From contig CAYOSH010000001.1 in assembly GCA_964406575.1 (NCBI GenBank), positions 192,727-256,726 on the forward strand: 64,000 nt of DNA, given 5' to 3'. Below are positions 46,122-52,820 of this stretch, piece by piece. The notes under the pieces were generated by a model, which did not search any database, was not told the origin of the DNA, and saw nothing but the letters and a program-made list of their open reading frames with translations. Within the stretch, counting starts at the first letter, position 1. Each line of letters starts with the position of its first letter. Source of the stretch: an uncultured Eubacteriales bacterium (lineage in GTDB: Bacteria; Acidobacteriota; Aminicenantia; Aminicenantales; Aminicenantaceae). Made by a program: the position numbers and the translations under genes.

Positions 46122-46430
46122 TCATTTTGCCATCTCCGCCCATATCACTTTCTGAAGTTTATAGGCAGTTTTCAGGGCTTCCGCACCGTCGGGGGTGAGC
46201 GTGTAGAAGATCTTCCGTCTTCCCCCTCTTTCTGGGGAGGGCTTCCCGATAGATTTGCTCACATAACCTTTTCTGTGGATCTGGTCCAGATAGCTGTACA
46301 GTGTTCCATAGGAGAGAGATCTTCGGGCGATGTCTTCGATCTTTTCTCTGATCGTAACACCATAGGCATTATCTTTGAGCCTCAAAATCGCCAGTAGGAT
46401 TATCGATTCGTACAGAGTCAAGTCTTTCAT
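46122..46430 (-). CDS. PadR-family transcriptional regulator
   Basis: AGGAGG RBS. 'ILLAILRLKDNAYGVTIREKIEDI...SYGTLYSYLDQIHRKGYV...RRKIFYTLTPDGAEAL'. Confidence 0.9.
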   Translation of the reverse strand: MKDLTLYESIILLAILRLKDNAYGVTIREKIEDIARRSLSYGTLYSYLDQIHRKGYVSKSIGKPSPERGGRRKIFYTLTPDGAEALKTAYKLQKVIWAEMAK

Positions 46431-46451
46431 GAGAGCCTCCTAATCTATATA

Positions 46452-46466
46452 TACGGAAAATCCGTA
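46452..46466. promoter_or_regulatory. Perfect palindrome TACGGA-AAA-TCCGTA upstream of padR (operator candidate)
   Basis: A 6-3-6 inverted repeat lies 22 nt upstream of the PadR start, in the divergent intergenic region. Confidence 0.3.
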
Positions 46467-46632
46467 AAAAGAGTTACAAAAAATGTAGATAATACATACG
46501 TCAGCATTAATTCAGAATTTTCAGAGCCCCATTTTCTTTGCGATTCATCCGCTTTCTTTTTGTGACACTTTCGGCGTCCTCGGGTGTTTCACATATCTAG
46601 GAAGTTCAATCGGAGACAGATCGGAGGGTACA

Positions 46633-47064
46633 GTGAAAAAATACAAAACGATCACAATCTTGGCATTTGTTGTCTTTGTTTTTGGCGGGTCCAACATGTT
46701 CGCTCATGGGAAAAAACCGCAACTGCCGGATAATTACATCACCTTTTCCTTCGTGATCCACCCGGCGAGTGTGGGATATAAACACCGTGTGGCCAGCAGC
46801 ACTTATCTGACGACGAACCTGGATTATGTTGGAGATAGAAATGACATTTACTTCCAGGTAGGCGCCGGATATATGATCCCTCGCAAGTTCTGGATATTCT
46901 GGTTTTATGGCGGCACCGGGCTTCAGTTTTCACGGAACCATGCCTACCAATATCCATACATCACTTTGGGCACGCGGTTTTGGATCCTCTATTCTGAAGT
47001 CGTCTATCCCATACAAAGAGGAGGAGATTCGGGCTTTCGCTTGGGTTTCAGCGTGACCTTTTGA
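46633..47064 (+). CDS. Small secreted protein, possible small OM beta-barrel
   Basis: GGAGGG RBS before the GTG start, and a signal peptide. Alternating aromatic/Gly-rich strands are present and the C-terminal residue is Phe ('GFSVTF'). Confidence 0.6.
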   Translation: MKKYKTITILAFVVFVFGGSNMFAHGKKPQLPDNYITFSFVIHPASVGYKHRVASSTYLTTNLDYVGDRNDIYFQVGAGYMIPRKFWIFWFYGGTGLQFSRNHAYQYPYITLGTRFWILYSEVVYPIQRGGDSGFRLGFSVTF

Positions 47065-47337
47065 TGAGAGGTGTCTGTTGGGATGTGTTAGGAGCTATCC
47101 AAAATGGCTATCTCAGAGGGGACCGGATGTTAAAATTTTTTCTGAAGGCTGCTGTTTTTATCAGGCCTTAGATCTTGCTTTCCCAGTTAACAATACAATT
47201 TTAGTATGAAAGAGCTTTATATTGAATCTTTTGTGAATGTACGGATGTCGATCCTAAAATAGTGGAAATTGATGATGCGAGGAAGAGGCTCGCCGCATTA
47301 AAGAATTAAGCTCAACACCAATTTGTTTTCTGATTTA

Positions 47338-47376
47338 GGGTCCGTTCCCTGAACGGACTGTTTGGGAAACAGTCCC
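47338..47376. repeat. Palindromic element (GTCCG...CGGAC family), copy B
   Basis: GTCCGTTC-CCT-GAACGGAC (8-3-8, perfect) overlaps GGACTGTTT-GGG-AAACAGTCC (9-3-9, perfect). It lies between convergent gene ends. Confidence 0.65.
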
Positions 47377-47427
47377 ACCATTTGCGCTTCCGGTTCTGAG
47401 TCGATATTTCAGTTCGGGGAGCGATCG

Positions 47428-47922
47428 CTACTTTCCCATATCCTGTGCTGTGTCATTGTTCCAGATGGAGCGGGACACTTTCCATGCGCCGTCCTCCTGT
47501 CTCCTGAGAATGCGAAACAGTTTTCCTCTTTCCCGGATGGTTTCTCCTGCAGCTCTGGCCGCATTGGAAAAATAACCCCATTCATAGGCCCAGTCGCCCA
47601 GGATCTTGATCTCTTGGAAATCATGGGAATATTCGGTGATCTCGATGTTGTGAAGCTGCTCTTTTTGCCCTTGAATATATTCCCGGATGGCATCCTTACC
47701 TTTAATGGGAGGCCGCTCCGGAGGGAGAAGAACACAATCGTCTGTCATTAGAGTGAGCAGGGTATCGAAATCACCTCTTTTTGAAGCTTCTTGATCTATT
47801 TTGTGCAATTTTTCTATAGCGGCCAGAGACTCTTGTTCGGGGGGTGTCTTTGTTCTATCGGATCGACAGCCAGAAACTGCTCCAACGATCAAAAGAAGTA
47901 TCAGAAGAAGTTTCTTTCCCAT
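47428..47922 (-). CDS. SnoaL-like / DUF4440 (NTF2-fold) lipoprotein
   Basis: GGAGG RBS. The lipobox is 'GAVSGC'. 'FDTLLTLMTDDCVLLPP...GDWAYEWGYF...FRILRRQEDGAWKVSRSIWN' shows an NTF2-like pattern. Confidence 0.7.
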   Translation of the reverse strand: MGKKLLLILLLIVGAVSGCRSDRTKTPPEQESLAAIEKLHKIDQEASKRGDFDTLLTLMTDDCVLLPPERPPIKGKDAIREYIQGQKEQLHNIEITEYSHDFQEIKILGDWAYEWGYFSNAARAAGETIRERGKLFRILRRQEDGAWKVSRSIWNNDTAQDMGK

Positions 47923-48350
47923 GCTATCCTCCCCATTCTCGTAACCAAAGCAAAATTATCCTGATATCGCGCATATGTTTTCACTTTTGCGCAAGCTGTT
48001 CGCGTTAGAATTCCACTATTATAACCAATATAAAAGTTGTCATAAATGAATACGGATATGGAAAACTTTGGTTGGAGCTTCCCAGCAGGAAAGCAAAATG
48101 AAGAGCACTCCTCTTCGGCGCGTCCCTGGCCCTGACCATCAATGTTGGTCTTATTGTCATGACGATGGCCATGATCGTCATTTTTTATAGAGTAAAAGGT
48201 CACCAGTGGCCTTCTGTAGAGAAAAATTCTGAGAAAAATCCCTAAAAAATAACCCGTAATTCATTTTCTTTCAGGACTTGAGATGGTCTAAATGATCAAC
48301 CTAAGAACCTGAAAACTCTGTTTGAGCAGGGCACTTCTTTTAAAATTATA

Positions 48351-48390
48351 CTGTCCGATAACGGACATCTTTTGTCCTGTGCACGGACAG
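48351..48390. repeat. Hairpin with a GTCCG/CGGAC core, copy C (looser)
   Basis: CTGTCCG - 26 nt - CGGACAG, containing the inner palindrome GTCCG-ATAA-CGGAC. Confidence 0.4.
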
Positions 48391-48511
48391 AATATTTGGG
48401 GCATTGCGCCAAATTTCTCTTATTCACCCAGGAGAACAGAGGTTGGCACGCTTATTGCTATATAAGAGGGTGGTTAGACAAATGAAAGAAAAAAATAACA
48501 CGGAGGAAAAA

Positions 48512-48700
48512 ATGAGACTCATAGAGAAAGCATTGATCTTGTTAGCGGCTATTGTTATCAGCCTGACCGCATTCAGTTTGATTTCTGGGCCTGCAGTGGA
48601 TATGGTCAAAGTGGGAAAACAGGCCGGATACGAGATCATCACCAACTGGATTGCGAAAACAGATGTGGCCTCTGATCATACCAGAACAAGAAAAGCTTGA
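48512..48700 (+). CDS. Possible small membrane protein (62 aa)
   Basis: GGAGG lies 6 nt before the ATG at 48512. It has one hydrophobic helix, 'ALILLAAIVISLTAFSLI'. I recognised no family. Confidence 0.3.
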   Translation: MRLIEKALILLAAIVISLTAFSLISGPAVDMVKVGKQAGYEIITNWIAKTDVASDHTRTRKA

Positions 48701-48743
48701 GATCACCAGGCCGACAAAAATGAAGAGGTCCAACATCAAACTT

Positions 48744-48793
48744 AGGGATTGGCTGGTAAAGATGGCCTTTGCCTGTCGAGTCAGCCAATCCCT
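48744..48793. repeat. Perfect 12-bp inverted repeat
   Basis: AGGGATTGGCTG - 26 nt - CAGCCAATCCCT. Confidence 0.7.
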
Positions 48794-48888
48794 CAACCAG
48801 TTTTTGATCCCACCGTTTTTTTCTCCCGCTTTTATCCCTTCCCGCTTTTTTAAATCCTCTCCCTTGAGACGTCCTCACGTCTAATTCC

Positions 48889-49188
48889 TCACGATCGTTT
48901 CGATTTTAAGAGCTTTAATTCCTTTGCCTGCGAAATAGTCTCGCAATACTCGAAGAAAGCCTCCAGGTATTTGACTCTGTAGGGAGCGTTGTCGAAAATT
49001 TCTCTGGCCTTTTCATCTTTGCAGGTGACCAGGTGTATATCGGTGAGATCGTCTTTGGTTGAGAAGACGTCAAAAGTCAGAACTCCGGGCTCATTGTCAT
49101 ACACAGAATTTGCATAATCGTCGATAGCTTTTTTGGCTTCGGCGATCTTGTCTTTGCGAATGGTGTATTGGAACATCGTGTGAATCAT
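48889..49188 (-). CDS. Small dimeric alpha/beta-barrel (ABM monooxygenase-like) protein
   Basis: GGGAGAA RBS. The 99-aa length and pattern 'MFQYTIRKDKIAEAKKAI..Y...V..NEPGVLTFDVF' resemble the ABM fold. Confidence 0.6.
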   Translation of the reverse strand: MIHTMFQYTIRKDKIAEAKKAIDDYANSVYDNEPGVLTFDVFSTKDDLTDIHLVTCKDEKAREIFDNAPYRVKYLEAFFEYCETISQAKELKLLKSKRS

Positions 49189-49468
49189 GAGTTTTCTCCC
49201 TTACGGAAAGCATGGGCTTCCTGTTGAAAATCAAGCACCAACATGCGTGTATTATACAGACATCTTTTGAAGAAAATAAACAGCGCAGGAAAGATTAGTT
49301 TGGGAAACGGACCCTGCATCAGCCAGTGGAGTTGTGTTCGATTTTCATTTATAATATTCAGTTCAGGGATTGAATTGGTCCACACATTGGCGTATACTCC
49401 TCCATTTTATATCCCCAGAAGATGGGCATACTCTGATGGACGCAATCAGCCATGAAGGTTAGAGACAG

Positions 49469-51559
49469 ATGAAGATCGAATTGAAAAAACTCCGGAATAT
49501 CGGTATCAGTGCGCACATCGACTCCGGCAAGACCACACTGACAGAGAGGATCCTGTACTATTGCAAAAAAATACGCAGGATCCATGAAGTCCGGGGAAAA
49601 GATGGCATCGGAGCCACCATGGATTCCATGGAATTAGAGAGGGAAAGAGGGATCACCATAACATCGGCGGCCACCAATGTGGAATGGGACGGTTTTTCGA
49701 TAAACATCATCGACACACCCGGGCACGTGGATTTCACCATAGAAGTGGAGCGTTCTCTCAGAGTTCTCGACGGCGCTATCCTGGTCCTGTGTTCTGTGGG
49801 CGGGGTGCAGTCGCAATCCATTACGGTCGACCGTCAGCTTAAACGCTATAAAGTCCCAAGCCTCGCATTTATAAACAAATGCGACAGGATCGGAGCCAAT
49901 CCGTATAAAGTCAAAGATCAACTGGTCAAAGACCTAGGGCGCAATGCCGTGTTGATGCAGATTCCCATTGGCCTTGAATCCAACCACAAGGGGGTGGTTG
50001 ACCTCGTCACCATGAAGGCGCTTTATTTTGATGGCCCTTCCGGAGAGATCGTCCGTGTTGAGGGCATCCCTCCGGATTTGAGCGATGAGGCTGAATCCAA
50101 GCGGGAGGAGATGCTGGAGGCCGTCTCGATGTTTTCGGAAGAGTTGATGGCGGCGATCTTTGAAGACCAGGTGACAGATGAGCTTATTTATGATGCGGTG
50201 CGAAAAGGGGCTATATCGAACAGTCTGACGCCAGTTTTTATGGGATCTGCATACAGGAACAAGGGTGTTCAGCCCCTGCTGGATGCCTTTGTCAGGTATC
50301 TTCCTGATCCCTCCGAGGTCGAAAACTTTGCCATCGATTTGGATCAGGGGGAGAAAGAAATCAAGCTGGAGGCAGATCCGGATGCTGACAGTGTGGCCTT
50401 GGCTTTCAAGCTAGAAGAGGGGCAGTATGGGCAGTTGACTTATATCCGGATCTATCAGGGAAGCCTCAGGAGAGGAGAGGCGCTTTATAACACACGCTCT
50501 CAAAGGACGTTCAAGGTGGGTCGTCTGATCCGGATGCATGCGGACAGCATGGCGGATATTGATGAGGCCGGGGCAGGAGATATTGTGGCCCTCTTCGGAA
50601 TCGAATGCGCCTCTGGTGACACCTTTGTGAAGCCAGGGCTCAACTTGTCCATGTCCTCCATCTATGTTCCTGATCCCGTGATCTCCCTTGCCTTGACGCC
50701 GATAGATAAAAAGGCGTCCGATAATATGGCTAAAGCACTGCAACGATTCACGAGGGAAGACCCCACATTCCGCACTCATGTCGATCCCGAATTGAACCAA
50801 ACGCTCATTCAAGGGATGGGAGAGCTCCATCTGGATGTCTATGTGGAACGGATGAAACGGGAGTATAAGGTGGAGGTACAAACAGGGGCACCACAGGTGG
50901 CTTATCGAGAGACAATCGGCCAGAGTGCCGAATTTGATTACACCCATAAAAAACAAACCGGGGGGGCTGGCCAATTCGGCCGCGTCATCGGTCATATCGA
51001 ACCCATGGGTCAGGGGAACTATGAGTTTATGGATGAGGTGAAAGGGGGACGTATCCCCAGGGAATTCATCCCCGCTTGCAACAGAGGTTTTCAGGAAGCG
51101 CTCAAGGAGGGGCCCTTGATCGGATTTCCTGTGGTGGGTGTCAGAGTCACTCTCGTCGATGGTCAGGCCCACTCCATCGATTCTTCAGAGATTGCCTTCC
51201 GTACGGCTGCCAGGCATGCTTTTAAGCAGGCTTACGGGAGAGCAAAACCTCATATCCTCGAACCCATCATGAAGGTTTCTGTCGAAGGTCCTTCGGAATT
51301 TGTGGGAAACATCTTTGCAACCATCAATCAGAGACGGGGAATCATTGTCAGTTCTGTCGAAGATGGGACCTTTGCCCGGATAGACGCGGAGGTTCCCCTG
51401 AGCGAGATGTTCGGTTACTCGACAACTCTCCGCTCACTGACCCAGGGAAAGGCGGAATTCACGATGGAATTTTTGAAGTACAGGAGAGTGCCCGCAAATA
51501 TCTCTGAGGAATTAAAAACAAAATTCGACGAGATAAAAAGTCAGAAGCACAGTCATTAA
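49469..51559 (+). CDS. fusA: Elongation factor G, mitochondrial-EFG1 / spd-type-like paralogue
   Basis: G1 'AHIDSGKTT', G3 'DTPGHVDF' and G4 'NKCD'. '[26 protein letters not shown]' resembles mtEF-G1 rather than the canonical '[23 protein letters not shown]'. It is not in an rpsL-rpsG-fusA context. Confidence 0.92.
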   Translation: MKIELKKLRNIGISAHIDSGKTTLTERILYYCKKIRRIHEVRGKDGIGATMDSMELERERGITITSAATNVEWDGFSINIIDTPGHVDFTIEVERSLRVLDGAILVLCSVGGVQSQSITVDRQLKRYKVPSLAFINKCDRIGANPYKVKDQLVKDLGRNAVLMQIPIGLESNHKGVVDLVTMKALYFDGPSGEIVRVEGIPPDLSDEAESKREEMLEAVSMFSEELMAAIFEDQVTDELIYDAVRKGAISNSLTPVFMGSAYRNKGVQPLLDAFVRYLPDPSEVENFAIDLDQGEKEIKLEADPDADSVALAFKLEEGQYGQLTYIRIYQGSLRRGEALYNTRSQRTFKVGRLIRMHADSMADIDEAGAGDIVALFGIECASGDTFVKPGLNLSMSSIYVPDPVISLALTPIDKKASDNMAKALQRFTREDPTFRTHVDPELNQTLIQGMGELHLDVYVERMKREYKVEVQTGAPQVAYRETIGQSAEFDYTHKKQTGGAGQFGRVIGHIEPMGQGNYEFMDEVKGGRIPREFIPACNRGFQEALKEGPLIGFPVVGVRVTLVDGQAHSIDSSEIAFRTAARHAFKQAYGRAKPHILEPIMKVSVEGPSEFVGNIFATINQRRGIIVSSVEDGTFARIDAEVPLSEMFGYSTTLRSLTQGKAEFTMEFLKYRRVPANISEELKTKFDEIKSQKHSH

Positions 51560-51572
51560 GGAGTTAAGTTCT

Positions 51573-52286
51573 ATGGTCAAAACTGAACTCATTAAACGCA
51601 GTCCTTTGAGGGTTCTGGAAGAGTCGATCCGGGGGGGCTTAGGCACGGGGAACATCGCCATCCTGGCTTCCCGGAAGGGTGTGGGAAAGACAGCCTGTCT
51701 TGTCCACATCGCCACAGATAAGCTGCTCCAGAACAAACCTGTCATTCATGTGTCGTATGCAAGCCGGGTGGACTATATCATCAAATGGTATGAGGATATC
51801 TTTAAAGAGATTGCCAAAACGCGTGATCTGGAGGGATCGATAGACGTCCATGACGAGATCATAAAGAACCGCGTCATCATGAATTTCAAGCAGGATGGAG
51901 CAAACACGGACCAGGTCTTGAAAAGCCTTGAGGCGATGGTCCAGTTTGGGCAGTTTGCTCCCCATACAGTGATTGTTGATGGATACGATTTTTCGTTGGG
52001 AACTCCTGAGGATCTGCTGAAGTTCAGAGAATTTGCCATCAAAGTCGGCACAGAGGTGTGGTTCAGCGCATCACTCAGAGGAGAAGAGCCGCTCTTTGAT
52101 GAACAGGGTGTGCCGGTCGTTCTTCAGCGGTATTTGGATGAAATCGCCGTCTTGATCACTCTGGCTTTTAAGGAAGAATTTGTGCGGCTCAATTTGATAA
52201 AGTGCCATGAATGTCTCTCTCTAGGAGAGTTACCGCTCAAGCTCGATCCCCAATCGCTCCTCATCGCCAAATCTGAGCAACCCTGA
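51573..52286 (+). CDS. RecA-superfamily (DnaB C-terminal / KaiC-like) single-domain ATPase
   Basis: AAGGAG RBS lies 13 nt after the EF-G stop. 'LEESIRGGLGTGNIAILASRKGVGKTACLVHIA' carries the Walker A motif and 'HTVIVDGYDF' the Walker B motif. Confidence 0.7.
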   Translation: MVKTELIKRSPLRVLEESIRGGLGTGNIAILASRKGVGKTACLVHIATDKLLQNKPVIHVSYASRVDYIIKWYEDIFKEIAKTRDLEGSIDVHDEIIKNRVIMNFKQDGANTDQVLKSLEAMVQFGQFAPHTVIVDGYDFSLGTPEDLLKFREFAIKVGTEVWFSASLRGEEPLFDEQGVPVVLQRYLDEIAVLITLAFKEEFVRLNLIKCHECLSLGELPLKLDPQSLLIAKSEQP

Positions 52287-52375
52287 CGCACTTCATGTGA
52301 CTTTGTCGCGCCTCGTTTGTTGAGGTGCCCTTCAATAGAATAAAAAAATTGCCAACCTTTTTTATCTGTTTACGT

Positions 52376-52389
52376 CTATATGTATATAG
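52376..52389. promoter_or_regulatory. Perfect palindrome CTATAT-GT-ATATAG upstream of padR (operator or -10 region candidate)
   Basis: A 6-2-6 inverted repeat lies 107 nt upstream of the PadR TTG start. Confidence 0.25.
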
Positions 52390-52495
52390 CAATCCTAATA
52401 ATTTGAAACAAATGATTCAGAGGGTGCAAAACATTTTATACAGAGTTTATTGCGAATCTATTACGAAAAAGCTGAATTTATCTTAGGAGGAGCGA

Positions 52496-52819
52496 TTGGA
52501 CCTTTTGACAAGGGCTGAAGAGTTGATCCTGCTGGCTGTATGGCGGCTCAAAGAAAGCGCCTATTGCCTGCCCATTCATGAGCAGGTTTCCCAGATCACG
52601 GGAGAAAAATTGTCACTCGGGTCCATTTACATGCCTTTGGACCGTCTCGTGAAGAAGGGATGCCTAGAATCCTATCTTTCTGATGCCACTCCCGAAAGAG
52701 GGGGACGTCACAAGCGGATCTATCAACTGACGCGTGAGGGATTAAAAGCCTTGCAGAAAATCCGGAACGTGCAGGACAGGATGTGGCAAGGGATCTCAGA
52801 TTTGATTGAAGAAGGTTAA
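52496..52819 (+). CDS. PadR-family transcriptional regulator
   Basis: AGGAGG RBS before the TTG start. 'LILLAVWRLKESAYCLPIHEQV...SLGSIYMPLDRLVKKGCL...RHKRIYQLTREGLKAL'. Confidence 0.9.
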   Translation: MDLLTRAEELILLAVWRLKESAYCLPIHEQVSQITGEKLSLGSIYMPLDRLVKKGCLESYLSDATPERGGRHKRIYQLTREGLKALQKIRNVQDRMWQGISDLIEEG

Positions 52820-52820
52820 G

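Noticed and set aside
47200-47312. A short frame ending '...PKIVEIDDARKRLAALKN*' that looks like the tail of a small (antitoxin-like?) protein.
   Set aside because: It has no start codon or RBS, is under 40 codons long and shows no family motif. It cannot be supported.
47901-48250. A 100-aa minus-strand ORF, plus small plus-strand frames encoding 'MNTDMENFGWSFPAGKQNEE...' and a hydrophobic 'ALLFGASLALTINVGLIVMTMAMIVIFYRVKG...' that would join after a 1-nt shift.
   Set aside because: The minus-strand ORF overlaps the start of the validated lipoprotein gene and looks random. The plus-strand pieces could be a frameshifted small membrane protein gene, but there is no RBS or start in the hydrophobic frame and I recognise no homology.
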